Below, in pieces: positions 48,964 through 60,718 of a stretch of 64,000 bases of DNA (position 1 is its first letter; the number at the start of each line of letters is the position of its first letter). Source of the DNA: a virus; the IMG/VR virus record IMGVR_UViG_3300032236_001530, positions 32,001 through 96,000 of that record, one strand, 5' to 3'. Below the pieces are notes generated by a model. That model was given only the letters and a program-made list of their open reading frames with translations. It ran no database searches and was not told the DNA's origin. Position numbers and translations under genes: made by a program.

Positions 48964-49325
48964 CAGGAGTAGAACTTGAAAAGTTTATAACGTCTTCTGG
49001 TTTATTCCAGGATGAAAATGTTTATATGGTTGAAACTATTGATGGTAAAATATACAATAGAGTTCCATCTCTTTATAAGATATTTATACCAAATTTAGGT
49101 AAACTAGAAATTCGTGTTTATTATGCTAAACATGGTGATAAAGAAAAGTGTGTAGATTTTACTATTGGTGGTGTTAATTTATATGCATGTCATAAACTAA
49201 AAGATATGACTTTTGAAACTTTATGTAAAGAATTAAATAAAATACTTGGTTCTGATAAAAGATTCATTGAATGGTCTACTAAGGAACTTAGAGATTATAA
49301 AATTAATTTATTACATGAAATCTAA
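48960..49325 (+). CDS. Hypothetical protein, C-terminal tag family (RDYKINLL)
   Basis: ORF in coupled run. Confidence 0.72.
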   Translation: MTGVELEKFITSSGLFQDENVYMVETIDGKIYNRVPSLYKIFIPNLGKLEIRVYYAKHGDKEKCVDFTIGGVNLYACHKLKDMTFETLCKELNKILGSDKRFIEWSTKELRDYKINLLHEI

Positions 49326-49833
49326 AAAAATGAAAAAGCTTGCTCGTCTAATTCACGATGAAGTTATTAGAAATAGAAGAGAAGATAAGGTCATGCTTAA
49401 AGAAAGTCGCAGTGACTATGACTGGAGTGAATATAATCCAGAAGTAAGTGAAAAATTCAAAAAATTTATACTTAACTTAGTTAACTATAGAAACAATTTG
49501 AATATCAATATCACACAAGAAAGAATTAATATTTCTGCCAGTGACATTGGCTCATTAAAAAAAGTAAAACATGGTTCAAATAATAATTACCCAATAGCAG
49601 AAGATGATTATATTGAAATCTTTATTTCAAAAGGTGAAGGGTTTCATATCAATAAAGGCTACAATCTAAAAACCAATTACATAGATGAAAATATGTATGA
49701 TGAAGTTGTTAGTGAAATAAAAGCTAAACTTAAAAAGATAAATGCTGATAACTTCAATGAAATTTGGTCAATAATCATGAAAGATTCTGGCTTAATGCGT
49801 GATAATAATTTAGACGAAATATTCAATGGATAA
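49315..49833 (+). CDS. Hypothetical protein, C-terminal tag family (RDNNLDEIF)
   Basis: ORF; start likely ATG 49315. Confidence 0.7.
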   Translation: MKSKKMKKLARLIHDEVIRNRREDKVMLKESRSDYDWSEYNPEVSEKFKKFILNLVNYRNNLNINITQERINISASDIGSLKKVKHGSNNNYPIAEDDYIEIFISKGEGFHINKGYNLKTNYIDENMYDEVVSEIKAKLKKINADNFNEIWSIIMKDSGLMRDNNLDEIFNG

Positions 49834-50227
49834 AATATACATGGTTAGATCCTACTTTGAGGACTTTGATTCTTCAAGTTGGAGGATTATTGGTCTTTTC
49901 ACTGATAAAAAAGTGGCTGATGAAGTTGCTAAAAAGTGGGAAGATTTCTATGAAGAAAAGAAATATAGTGTTTTCAATAAACCAAAAAATTGGGAACCAA
50001 CAAAAGAAGATTTAGAATTCGGTGATGGTGAGTGGGAAGAATCATATGAGTACTCAAGACGAACTTCTCAATATAGTGAAATACTAATTTTCAAAGATAT
50101 TGAAGTTGAAGAGTTTGACTTAAATAAAGACATGTCATTATCAAATGATAAGTTTATGAGCGAACACATGATAAGCTTAATGACTCAGTGGGATAGAAAT
50201 CACAAATTAGAAAAAATAATCAAGTAA
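49826..50227 (+). CDS. Hypothetical protein, C-terminal tag family (RNHKLEKIIK)
   Basis: ORF in coupled run. Confidence 0.72.
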   Translation: MDKIYMVRSYFEDFDSSSWRIIGLFTDKKVADEVAKKWEDFYEEKKYSVFNKPKNWEPTKEDLEFGDGEWEESYEYSRRTSQYSEILIFKDIEVEEFDLNKDMSLSNDKFMSEHMISLMTQWDRNHKLEKIIK

Positions 50228-51499
<1,272 letters not shown>

Positions 51500-51704
51500 T
51501 GATAACTTTAGAATTACTAACTGACTTTCTACATGTACATCTTAGATATAATAAAGATATAATATGTGATTCATTTACTATTTTATTCAACATATAGATT
51601 TTATTTATATAAAGATGCTTTTAATTTTTTAAATTACATATATGATGATAATTTTTCGTATCTTTACCTAAGTAGAAAATATCTAAAATTTAAACAATAT
51701 AAAG

Positions 51705-52163
51705 ATGAAATATATAAAAAATAAACCAATTGTGTACGTGGATATGGATGGCGTTCTTTGTAACTTTTACAAAGCCGCTAAACAAGCTCTTACAGATAAT
51801 CCAAGTCAAAAGTATCCACAATCTCAATGGGGTTTCTTTTTGAAGTTAGAAGAAATTCCTGGTGCTATTGAAGGTTTCAGAAAAATTGAAGAAAAATATG
51901 ATGTTTGGATTTTAACACGTCCTTCATTTAGAAATGTTAATTGTTACACCGAAAAAGCTCAATGGGTTTGGGACCATTTAGGTTTTGATATCGTTGAAAA
52001 AACAATTATGGCACCAAATAAGTCTTTCTTAAAAGGTGATTATCTTATTGATGATATGGGTAATGCTGGTCAAGAAGAATTTGAAGGTGAGTGGATCCAC
52101 TTTAAAACAGAAAGATTCCCAAATTGGGAATCAGTTGTTGAGTATTTGATGAATAAAGACTAA
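51705..52163 (+). CDS. HAD 5'(3')-deoxyribonucleotidase
   Basis: YVDMDGVL, GDYLIDD. Confidence 0.88.
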   Translation: MKYIKNKPIVYVDMDGVLCNFYKAAKQALTDNPSQKYPQSQWGFFLKLEEIPGAIEGFRKIEEKYDVWILTRPSFRNVNCYTEKAQWVWDHLGFDIVEKTIMAPNKSFLKGDYLIDDMGNAGQEEFEGEWIHFKTERFPNWESVVEYLMNKD

Positions 52164-52852
52164 GATTTATCTTTGCTATTATCTTGATTGGCATATTTAA
52201 CACCCATGATAGTACCAACGATACTAAATGAGTTTGTTAATAATATACTAACTATATTAGTCCAAGTTGAGCCGATAACATCCGTATTTAGACCTTTGAA
52301 TAGTGCAATTAAATAAACAGCTGTTACTACACCACCAACACCCATAATAACCCAGAGTGCTACTTTAACTATATTACCAATTAACTCAAATTGAGTTTTC
52401 TTTTGCATTAGTTCTAAGTCATTTTCTGCTAAATTCTTTGCTTGTTCTGCTTCTTGTCTAGCCTTTTCTGCTTCAATTCTTGCATTTTCAGCATCAACTC
52501 TTGCTTTTTGAGCTTCTTCTAATGCTGACTCTGCTTCTTGTTTAGCCGCCAACATTGCTTGATTTGAGTCTTCTGCCTCTTCTAATGCTTTTGTTAATTG
52601 CTTATTAACTCTTTCATTTTCTTTTTTCCATTTAACTAAATCTGTATTTTGACTTTGAACTTGTCTAGTCACATCCAATCTTTTTCTACGAACTTCTTTA
52701 TCTTTTTCAGTAGCTTCTTGTATGTATTTTTCAAATTCAGGATCACCATCAGAGTCAATTACTTTTAAAATATTCCCCTCAAGGCAAATTTTCTTTGTCT
52801 TGTAAAGTTCAAGTAATTGACTCTTGGTGTTCTTATCTATCTTAATCATCAT
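52160..52852 (-). CDS. Coiled-coil protein with two C-terminal TMs
   Basis: Ala/Glu heptads, two TMs; follows the response regulator. Confidence 0.75.
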   Translation of the reverse strand: MMIKIDKNTKSQLLELYKTKKICLEGNILKVIDSDGDPEFEKYIQEATEKDKEVRRKRLDVTRQVQSQNTDLVKWKKENERVNKQLTKALEEAEDSNQAMLAAKQEAESALEEAQKARVDAENARIEAEKARQEAEQAKNLAENDLELMQKKTQFELIGNIVKVALWVIMGVGGVVTAVYLIALFKGLNTDVIGSTWTNIVSILLTNSFSIVGTIMGVKYANQDNSKDKS

Positions 52853-52858
52853 TAAAAT

Positions 52859-53296
52859 TTATTTATAAATCTTGAAAGGCAGTGTTCTTTTTTTGTAGCC
52901 ATCATAGTCATTTCTAAATTCCATAAGTCTTGGTTCAATATCATCTGATTTAATAATCCAGAATTGAGCACCAGCAGCAACTGCTTTTGCTTGTTCTTCT
53001 GATTCATTTGAAGAAGATATAATACCAATAACTACATTGTTACCATACTCAAAGTTAATTTTTCTGATAAGTTCAATGCCGTCAAATGATGACCCAACTA
53101 TATTTAGGTCAACAAATACACACTCTGGTCTTTCTTCTATAGGACCTTCTTTAAACCACTTCTTAAAAAGCTTTTCAGCTTCATCTGAACTTGTTAAACT
53201 TTGTAAAGATAAAGTTATATCTAAAAGACTACAAGCATCTTCGAATACTAAGTGAAACAAATCTTCATCATCTACTAATAAAATTGATTCTATCAT
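52859..53296 (-). CDS. Single-domain response regulator
   Basis: LLVDDE, FVDLN, DGIEL, ISSS, IIK. Confidence 0.9.
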   Translation of the reverse strand: MIESILLVDDEDLFHLVFEDACSLLDITLSLQSLTSSDEAEKLFKKWFKEGPIEERPECVFVDLNIVGSSFDGIELIRKINFEYGNNVVIGIISSSNESEEQAKAVAAGAQFWIIKSDDIEPRLMEFRNDYDGYKKRTLPFKIYK

Positions 53297-53304
53297 TTTG
53301 TTTT

Positions 53305-53829
53305 TTATTTTTGTTCTAGCATTTGAATGCTTATCAATAATCTAATCTCACCACCTACCATTGCATTACCTTTTCCTGAAAGTGCATTGAATGTTAAGCC
53401 ATAATCTGCTCTGTTTACTTTACCACTTAATTCAAAACCATGTTTAGTATTACCATACATATCAACGTCATTACCGTTGTAAGTACCATCTAAAACAATT
53501 GATTTAGTTATACCTTTAATTGTTAAATCTCCAGTAACAATATACTCATCACCATCTTTTTCAACCGAAGTTGATGTGTAACTAATTTTTGGATATTCTT
53601 CAGCTGAAAAGAAATCTGGTGATTTCAAGTGAGCATCTCTATCTGCTATGTTTGTATAAACTGAATCTACATCACACTCAAATGTGATTTTTGCATCAGT
53701 GAAATCTTCTGTACTACTTTCCATTGTAGCGTCAAATTTTTGGAAACAACCATTAACGGTTGAGATCATCATGTGTTTCACTTTGAATGCGATATCAGAA
53801 TGAAACGGGTCAATTTTGTAAGTTGCCAT
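53305..53829 (-). CDS. YceI family polyisoprenoid-binding protein
   Basis: IDPFHS..KHMMIS..RDAHLKSPDFF..GDLTIKG. Confidence 0.93.
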   Translation of the reverse strand: MATYKIDPFHSDIAFKVKHMMISTVNGCFQKFDATMESSTEDFTDAKITFECDVDSVYTNIADRDAHLKSPDFFSAEEYPKISYTSTSVEKDGDEYIVTGDLTIKGITKSIVLDGTYNGNDVDMYGNTKHGFELSGKVNRADYGLTFNALSGKGNAMVGGEIRLLISIQMLEQK

Positions 53830-53845
53830 AATTGTTTGTTTTTTT

Positions 53846-55633
53846 TTATTTTAATTTTATTTTTATTTTTGTACCTACCTCGTTCTTTTCACATGTTACT
53901 TTGAATCCGTGTTCATTCAAAATTGCAACGCAAATATTAAGTCCGAGTCCAGTACCGGTTTCTTTTTGTCCTTCTTTTCTTGTATATGGTTGTGATAAAT
54001 AATCAAAATCTGCTTGTGTCATACCTCTACCATTATCTTGTATAGCAATATGATCTTCATCTTCCATGAAAATAGCCACCATTTTTGATTCACTATCGTT
54101 ATATTTTAATCCATTGCGAATTAGATTATCAACTGCCGTACAGAAAAGAGCTTGGTTTACTTCTATCTTTGGTAGATAATCAATAGCAACTTGACTAAAG
54201 TAAGATGTGTTAGATAGATAATCTGTTAAGATTTGTCTTAAATCATGTAGCTCTTTATTAAGCTCTGCATCTTTTTTAACTAAATTGGTAAACTCATATA
54301 CACCTTTATAAACTTTTTGAGTATGTAGTAGACCCTCTTTAATCATTTTAAGTGGAGATTCTATCTTCAATTCTTTTATAACTTCTGGTGTTAAACGTCT
54401 TTCTAAAGAGTTTATACCTCTTGGCATATATGTGTTGATACCAGAGTGCATATCGTGTCTTAAAATCTTTGCCGCGTGTTCTAAATAAGTATTCTTTTTG
54501 TTAATCTCTTCTATATTTTTATGAATTTCTTGTGTACTATTAATAACATCTGTTACGTCATATCCAATTGACATAAACCCTTGAACTTCACCAGCTTCAT
54601 CAAAGTCTGCCTTTATATAAGTATCTATATAATATAATTCATCATTCTTGGTTTTGTTTGTTACAACTTCATGCCATATTTGTTTATCTTTTAATGTTGT
54701 TCTGTACATATCTTTCCAGAACAGCTTAGAGTGTTCACCTGAGCTAACTACATTTAAAGTTTTACCTTTTATTTCTTTCAATCTCCATTCAGAAACCTCT
54801 TCAAATCTTTTATTAACATAAGTAATGTGACCTTCTTTATCTGTTTTGGTAACTATAACAGAACTATCAACAAATTTTTCAAAATCAAGTAAATTTTTAC
54901 TTATTTTATTACCTTCTTTAACTGAAAAGGCAAATGAATAAAGTGATGATAACATCTGAGCAAAATCAACCTCACAATCACTCCACTCTCTTAGTGTCAA
55001 ACTTTCAATACAAATAACACCAATGATACTTCCTCTGAATATAACAGGTACATCTAACATTGACTTTATACCAAGTGGTTTAAGATAACCTTCAGTGAAA
55101 CAAGAAGTTGCTGAATGTTTTTCAGCATCATTAGCTACAATGATAGGATCAACTAAAAGATGATCAAAGTATTCTGTAAAATCTTTTTTGAATAATTCAA
55201 TATTTTGATACCAATTATCTTCGGATTTAATATAAAGTTGTTGACAAACAATTGATGTTTTATCTTTATTATATAACCAAATAGAACATCTATCAGCACC
55301 TATTGATTGTGTTACTTCTTTAGTTAGTAACTTACCACCATCTGAAATATTTCCTTCATAGAAAAGTGTATTATGTGATTGTGATATAATAACACTATTT
55401 AGTTTATTCAAGTATTCATTCCTCTTAACTACTAACCTATTGTTTTTTATAAACTCATAAACAACAATTATAAAAAAAGGAACAAATAGTAAAAAACAAA
55501 CATACCCTGCTATGCCAATATTTTCTGTATATTTTAAGTACTGAAAAACTACTAATGATTCAAGTCCAAAATAGAACATCATTATTATAGCTGATACTGC
55601 TAAGGATATTTTATAGATTAAAGAAGTTTTCAT
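53846..55633 (-). CDS. Sensor histidine kinase (TM-GAF-PAS-HisKA-HATPase)
   Basis: GAF (ADRCSIW..SMLDVP), PAS (YVNKRF), RHD phospho-His, NLIRNGLKY, DNGRG, GTGLGL. Confidence 0.92.
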   Translation of the reverse strand: MKTSLIYKISLAVSAIIMMFYFGLESLVVFQYLKYTENIGIAGYVCFLLFVPFFIIVVYEFIKNNRLVVKRNEYLNKLNSVIISQSHNTLFYEGNISDGGKLLTKEVTQSIGADRCSIWLYNKDKTSIVCQQLYIKSEDNWYQNIELFKKDFTEYFDHLLVDPIIVANDAEKHSATSCFTEGYLKPLGIKSMLDVPVIFRGSIIGVICIESLTLREWSDCEVDFAQMLSSLYSFAFSVKEGNKISKNLLDFEKFVDSSVIVTKTDKEGHITYVNKRFEEVSEWRLKEIKGKTLNVVSSGEHSKLFWKDMYRTTLKDKQIWHEVVTNKTKNDELYYIDTYIKADFDEAGEVQGFMSIGYDVTDVINSTQEIHKNIEEINKKNTYLEHAAKILRHDMHSGINTYMPRGINSLERRLTPEVIKELKIESPLKMIKEGLLHTQKVYKGVYEFTNLVKKDAELNKELHDLRQILTDYLSNTSYFSQVAIDYLPKIEVNQALFCTAVDNLIRNGLKYNDSESKMVAIFMEDEDHIAIQDNGRGMTQADFDYLSQPYTRKEGQKETGTGLGLNICVAILNEHGFKVTCEKNEVGTKIKIKLK

Positions 55634-55673
55634 ATTCTATCTCTATATATCGGATATGTAAAACTTTCTTTTT

Positions 55674-56045
55674 TTAAGAAATTACGTCTTTTTTGTCTTT
55701 TAGTAAGCCCCTATTGTCTTTTGGTAAAATATCAATATTATATTTTTTTCCTAACATTATTAATAAAGGGGTTATTGGGATAGGAATAGGAATTCCTGCT
55801 ATAGCAACCAATGGTAGAATTTTAATAATATCTATTGAGTGAGCCCTAAGAAAATTCTTTTCTTTTTCAGATACTTCTTCACCTTTTATCATTCTTGATA
55901 AAATTTCTATTGATATTTTGGTTTCTTCGCCTTCTATTTTAGTGGCTTCCCAAGTATCTGATGCCATTTTTCCACCTTTTTTGACTAAATCATTTAAGTA
56001 AGTACCTATCTTCTCAATGCCGTCAAAACTTTTTGTCTTGCTCAT
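55674..56045 (-). CDS. LETM1-like membrane protein
   Basis: EKNFLRAHSIDIIKILP..PIPITP resembles the LETM1 core. Confidence 0.5.
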   Translation of the reverse strand: MSKTKSFDGIEKIGTYLNDLVKKGGKMASDTWEATKIEGEETKISIEILSRMIKGEEVSEKEKNFLRAHSIDIIKILPLVAIAGIPIPIPITPLLIMLGKKYNIDILPKDNRGLLKDKKDVIS

Positions 56046-56176
56046 ATAAACTTATATATAAATTAATATAAAAGATAAAGGTGTTTTAAAAATTATTAGC
56101 AATCATGTAACATCATGATGATACTATATAAATAATAAATTTGGAAACCCTGAAAATTTTAACTATATTTGTAATT

Positions 56177-56929
56177 ATGCGTTTATTATATTTGGGTGAC
56201 ATACATGGTAACTTTAATCTCATACATCAATATGTAAAGATGTATGGTATTACTGACGCGCATATAATTCAAGTTGGTGATTTTGGTGTTGGTTTTGGTA
56301 CCATAGAAAAAGAAAAGCGTATGCTTGAAATGTATCACCCTCAACTTGTAAAAAATAATGTTCATGTTTGGGGCATTCGTGGTAATCATGATTACAAACC
56401 TCACTTTGATAATGATCCGTTTGGTTTTACTAATATTCACTTAGTACCTGACTATACCGTACTTAATTTAGCAGATAAGAATATTCTTTGTATTGGTGGA
56501 GCTGTCAGTGTTGATCGTGAATGGCGTTACACAAGAGCTCAAAAATTAGGAACTTCGCAAGGTCCAACTTTAGGTATTGAAAGCTGGTGGCCTGATGAAG
56601 TATTTATTTTAGATATTGAAAAACTTGGTCAATATAGAGATATTGATATCGTAGTAACTCATACGGCTCCTGATTATTGTATACCTGATAATAAAATGGG
56701 CTTAGGTAGCTTTGTAAATGGTATTATCAAAGATACTGGTGATGAAGCTTTAAGAACTGATTTACTTGTTGAAAGAAATCTTTTAACACAAGCATTTACA
56801 ATCTTAAAATTAAATAATAGCATTGAATATCACTATTATGGTCATTTTCATAAAAGTGATAATATCACAATGTTTGGAACTAAACATCGACTTTTAGGAG
56901 TTGGTGAACTTTGGGAAGAGAGAGATTAA
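56177..56929 (+). CDS. Calcineurin-like metallophosphoesterase
   Basis: GDIHG, GDFG, GNHD, THTAP, GHFH; promoter TTTG-N20-TATATTTG at 56140-56171. Confidence 0.92.
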   Translation: MRLLYLGDIHGNFNLIHQYVKMYGITDAHIIQVGDFGVGFGTIEKEKRMLEMYHPQLVKNNVHVWGIRGNHDYKPHFDNDPFGFTNIHLVPDYTVLNLADKNILCIGGAVSVDREWRYTRAQKLGTSQGPTLGIESWWPDEVFILDIEKLGQYRDIDIVVTHTAPDYCIPDNKMGLGSFVNGIIKDTGDEALRTDLLVERNLLTQAFTILKLNNSIEYHYYGHFHKSDNITMFGTKHRLLGVGELWEERD

Positions 56930-56959
56930 AACAATCTCTCTTTTTTATTTTATAATAGA

Positions 56960-57155
56960 AATGAGAAGCTCAACTTTAATATGTATTAGGTGGAAACTTA
57001 CAGGTAGAATAGAAATATTTAATAACCTAGGTAAGTTATTTTCTGCATATTCTGGTAATACATTAGGTGTCAGTCGAGGTACTTTAGATAGAAGGAATTT
57101 ATTTGAAGGATATCAAAATGACACGGTTGAGATTTATAAAATGAACGTTAGTTAA
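56960..57155 (+). CDS. Small hypothetical protein
   Basis: ORF from MRSSTLIC. Confidence 0.5.
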
Positions 57156-57314
57156 TCAAATTTTCTTGAAAAAATAAATTATTTTTTGTATATTTGTAAT
57201 ATAATATATAGATTATAACTGCGTCTTATGTGTGTTTGATGGTGAGGAGTGCGAGGCGTAAGTCAAAAAGTATTTAATTTATGGAACCTGGTCCCACGAT
57301 AAAACAAAAGAAAG

Positions 57315-57596
57315 ATGACAAAAACAAAACTAGCGACATTGTTCCTAATGTTGGGGATGTTTTTCAACCCCTTTGGATTCGATGCTATTCAGATAATGCT
57401 AATGAAATTAACTGGTTCTTACTTAGGAGCCAATTTAGTTTTGTATTGCCTTGCGGCATTTTGCTTTGGCTTATATTTTTACTTTTCGGGTAATAATCCT
57501 TTTACTACGATAAGAGATATTATATTAACCATTTGGCAAGACAAAATAATTCACAATTTTAAGAAATTTAAAAAGAAAAAAGAGAGTCGTAACTGA
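57315..57596 (+). CDS. Small membrane protein
   Basis: LFLMLGMFFNPFGFD, two TMs. Confidence 0.7.
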   Translation: MTKTKLATLFLMLGMFFNPFGFDAIQIMLMKLTGSYLGANLVLYCLAAFCFGLYFYFSGNNPFTTIRDIILTIWQDKIIHNFKKFKKKKESRN

Positions 57597-57611
57597 CTCT
57601 CTTTTCTTTTA

Positions 57612-58502
57612 TTATGCCAGTGTAATCACTGGAAAATTCATATTAGCTTTTTGACTTGTTTTTTTCTCTTCTTGTAACAACTGATAAGCTCTTGCTAACC
57701 TTGTCATTCCAATTCCACCACCAAATCTTGGGAAGAAATTATAAGATAAGAATTCTTCTAGTTCAGCTTCTACTCTTTCTTTACCAAATAGTTCAAATAA
57801 TTTAGCACAATATCCACCATTTTCAATTGTGTAGAAATTGTGTCTCATTTCTTCAACATCACAACTTCTCTCAGCAGAACCGATTGTCTCTTGACCATAA
57901 AGAATAACATCTACTTTATTAAAGATACTATCTTCATTATGTTTCATATTCCAAAAAGGATTAGTTCTTAAAGGAAAATGTTGTAAAGAAACTACAGATC
58001 CTTTTTCTTTCCACATTCTACTTTCATGCTCATCTTCTAATATTTGAACACCACCATATTCTTGACAAACATCATCATAGTTTACTTCTACTGGATTATC
58101 AAATCCTAAGTGTGCCAAAATTTCAGATTCTAATTTAAGTAGATCTTTCATTCCACCTTTTGATTCAAACTCAAACATAGGGAAGATTAATTCGTGTCTT
58201 CCAGGAATAGGATTCTTTTCTTGACGATAAGAAGTTGAGATACAAAAGCATCCTGGTAATTGTGGGTTGCTAAGTAGTACTTCTTCTAAAACCATTTGAC
58301 CTGTTTGTGGTAAAGGCCAGACCTCACCTACATAATCAAATTTTGTTACTGAGTGTGGATTTTCACAAGCCGATAATATTGTTAAATTTGGCTGTGTTGC
58401 AACTTCTATGAAACCTTTATTTAAAAAAAACTCTCGCATTTTTTGTACGAGATCATGATAGGTTTTTAAGTTGTTAATGTTTGTGCGTTTTTCTTTTGAC
58501 AT
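57612..58502 (-). CDS. Class II aaRS catalytic-domain-only protein (Asx-tRNA synthetase / asparagine synthetase-like)
   Basis: Motif 1 FFLNKGFIEV, motif 2 SYRQE..RH..F, motif 3 GGGIGMTRL; no anticodon-binding domain. Confidence 0.82.
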   Translation of the reverse strand: MSKEKRTNINNLKTYHDLVQKMREFFLNKGFIEVATQPNLTILSACENPHSVTKFDYVGEVWPLPQTGQMVLEEVLLSNPQLPGCFCISTSYRQEKNPIPGRHELIFPMFEFESKGGMKDLLKLESEILAHLGFDNPVEVNYDDVCQEYGGVQILEDEHESRMWKEKGSVVSLQHFPLRTNPFWNMKHNEDSIFNKVDVILYGQETIGSAERSCDVEEMRHNFYTIENGGYCAKLFELFGKERVEAELEEFLSYNFFPRFGGGIGMTRLARAYQLLQEEKKTSQKANMNFPVITLA

Positions 58503-58600
58503 ATGAAATTTTTTTTTTGAGCCAGAACTAAATGCTCTGGCTCAAATTAATTATCTTTGTATATATCTAAAAAAAATTCCTTTGTTTAGCAAAAATTAAA

Positions 58601-59326
58601 TTATTTTTCATATTTTTTATTAAACTTATAAGCAAAGCCAAATGTTAGTGTTTGTAACATTTTAACATTACTCACACTTCTATAATTGACAATATCTTGT
58701 ATAATAAAGTTAAGTGGTTTTTTTGGGAATATAGATAGTTTTGTAGTACCATAAACAATGTAATCACTTGGGTTATTTATATTTGGTTGATAGTAGTATT
58801 CTGTTGATATTCCAATTAACTTTCCATCAATTTTAATTCTACCTCTTATAGAATGTCTTAAAGCTTCTTTTGATGATGGAAGTATTCCATTTGGATCGTT
58901 AACATAGTCAGTATGTGTATAAAGAAAAGCATATGATAAAGACATTTTACCCCAACTATAATTTTCTTTAACTCCACAACCTATACCTAACCAGTTATCA
59001 GCTAATATTCCTCTTGATAATGAATAGTTATATTGATATGTTGTAAAAAAATCATAATGCTCTTTATTCCAACTAAGATTGGCTTTTTGTATAAACTCAT
59101 TTTGGCTAAGATTAGGGTTATATTGAATATTATAGTTAGTTCCTAAATCTAAACCAATTGATTTTTTGAAATTTATTGAGTTATTACCTATAAATTCAGC
59201 ACCAAATAATTCACCGGTTTTAGACTGAGAATACATGCCTGTTAAACTATTATCAAGTGTGATTTCTTTTTGAGCGTATGTCTTTATTGTAAGTAGTGTT
59301 AGTAAAATAAATAATATTTTTTTCAT
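58601..59326 (-). CDS. Outer-membrane beta-barrel (DUF481-like)
   Basis: Signal peptide, amphipathic strands, FGFAYKF near the C-terminus. Confidence 0.65.
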   Translation of the reverse strand: MKKILFILLTLLTIKTYAQKEITLDNSLTGMYSQSKTGELFGAEFIGNNSINFKKSIGLDLGTNYNIQYNPNLSQNEFIQKANLSWNKEHYDFFTTYQYNYSLSRGILADNWLGIGCGVKENYSWGKMSLSYAFLYTHTDYVNDPNGILPSSKEALRHSIRGRIKIDGKLIGISTEYYYQPNINNPSDYIVYGTTKLSIFPKKPLNFIIQDIVNYRSVSNVKMLQTLTFGFAYKFNKKYEK

Positions 59327-59411
59327 CGTAGTGATTATTTTTGTCTAATTATATATAAATAAAAATTTTTAAAAAAATAGAAAAATATATAAAATAAAAA
59401 TATTAATCACT

Positions 59412-59546
59412 ATGGCAAAAGCTACTACACAACCTGTTAAATCTTTTTCTTCTAAACCTAAGAAAAGAGGCAAGTACTCTAAAAAAGAAAGTTCTAATAA
59501 AACATCAAAGAACTATAAGAAAAAATACAGAGGTCAAGGTAGATAA
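59412..59546 (+). CDS. Small very basic protein (44 aa, not in ORF track)
   Basis: MAKATTQPVKSFSSKPKKRGKYSKKESSNKTSKNYKKKYRGQGR; AATATATA upstream. Confidence 0.7.
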   Translation: MAKATTQPVKSFSSKPKKRGKYSKKESSNKTSKNYKKKYRGQGR

Positions 59547-59576
59547 ACAATTTTGCTATTAGTGTCTATAAACACT

Positions 59577-59918
59577 ATGTTTATTTCACAAATATTTTGG
59601 GTTAATTTTATACTATTCATTTGGTTTGAAACTGATGGCTTTATAGAGTATGCAAAAATATTTAAGATAAGTAAGTATTTTAAGATTGATGATTTTGAAT
59701 TGTATAAAAAAGAATCGAATCCATCAATTACATATCACTCATATATAAGACAAAAACACAATAGCTTTTTATCGAGATTAGTAACATGTGTGCCTTGTTT
59801 TAACTTTTGGGTTGTTCTTATAGTTGCTTTATTTTTTAATAGTTTATCAATTTATCCAATTCTTTACATAATGAGTTATGTAATATATAGATTATTAAAA
59901 AAGTATATCTATGGCTAG
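59577..59918 (+). CDS. Membrane protein with CxxC (DUF1360-like)
   Basis: LVTCVPCFNFW flanked by TMs. Confidence 0.65.
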   Translation: MFISQIFWVNFILFIWFETDGFIEYAKIFKISKYFKIDDFELYKKESNPSITYHSYIRQKHNSFLSRLVTCVPCFNFWVVLIVALFFNSLSIYPILYIMSYVIYRLLKKYIYG

Positions 59919-60171
59919 TATAACCAGAAATCTAAATATTGAATCAAAAAAACATCTTTATAGATTAATTAACACCAATGAAGAGTTGTCATCTAATAAG
60001 ATTTTTTTACCATTTATGGATTCAATGCAGGATTATTTTTATGGTTGTAAATGTAATATAGATATTTATGAATTAAAATCAAACGAACAATATAATAGTT
60101 TATCAAGTAATCAAGAAGCGTTATTAAAACTAAAAGATTACTTTAGATGTCAAGAGATTATTTTTAACTAA
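59911..60171 (+). CDS. Hypothetical protein
   Basis: ORF followed by terminator 60170-60198. Confidence 0.6.
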   Translation: MASITRNLNIESKKHLYRLINTNEELSSNKIFLPFMDSMQDYFYGCKCNIDIYELKSNEQYNSLSSNQEALLKLKDYFRCQEIIFN

Positions 60172-60215
60172 AAAAGCCACTTAATGAGTGGCTTTTTTAA
60201 TTTAGTTTTGATAGA

Positions 60216-60632
60216 TTATTGAACTGAAACAACTTCAATATCAAAAATAAGTTCTTTACCAGCAAAAGGGTGATTGCCGTCAATCACTGCGTGATCTTCA
60301 TGCACTTCTTTAACCATAACATTAACTGGCATACCGTTATCAGCTTGTGCTTGTAATGACATACCAACTTCAACTGGTCCAGGTAATTGAGAACTTGGTA
60401 CCTTTACTACTAAGTCTTCTCTAACTTCACCATATGCTTCAGCTGGTGGAATGCTTACAGTTACTTTATCTCCAACATTTTTACCAATAATAGCATTTTC
60501 AAAACCAGGAATAATTTGTCCTGTTCCTACTGTAAAAGATAAAGGTGCTTTTCCTTCTGATGAGTCGAAAACTTCACCATCAGTGAGTCTTCCTGTGTAA
60601 TGCACATTTACTGTGCTTCCATTTTGTATCAT
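60216..60632 (-). CDS. FKBP-type peptidyl-prolyl isomerase (SlyD-like)
   Basis: VHYTGRL.DGEVFDSS, IIPGFE, DGNHPFAGKEL. Confidence 0.95.
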   Translation of the reverse strand: MIQNGSTVNVHYTGRLTDGEVFDSSEGKAPLSFTVGTGQIIPGFENAIIGKNVGDKVTVSIPPAEAYGEVREDLVVKVPSSQLPGPVEVGMSLQAQADNGMPVNVMVKEVHEDHAVIDGNHPFAGKELIFDIEVVSVQ

Positions 60633-60718
60633 TTGATTATTCTTTTTTTATTTGTATATAATAAGTATAATAAAGTTTATCATATTAAACTTTTATTGTA
60701 AAATTTGATAAAAATATC

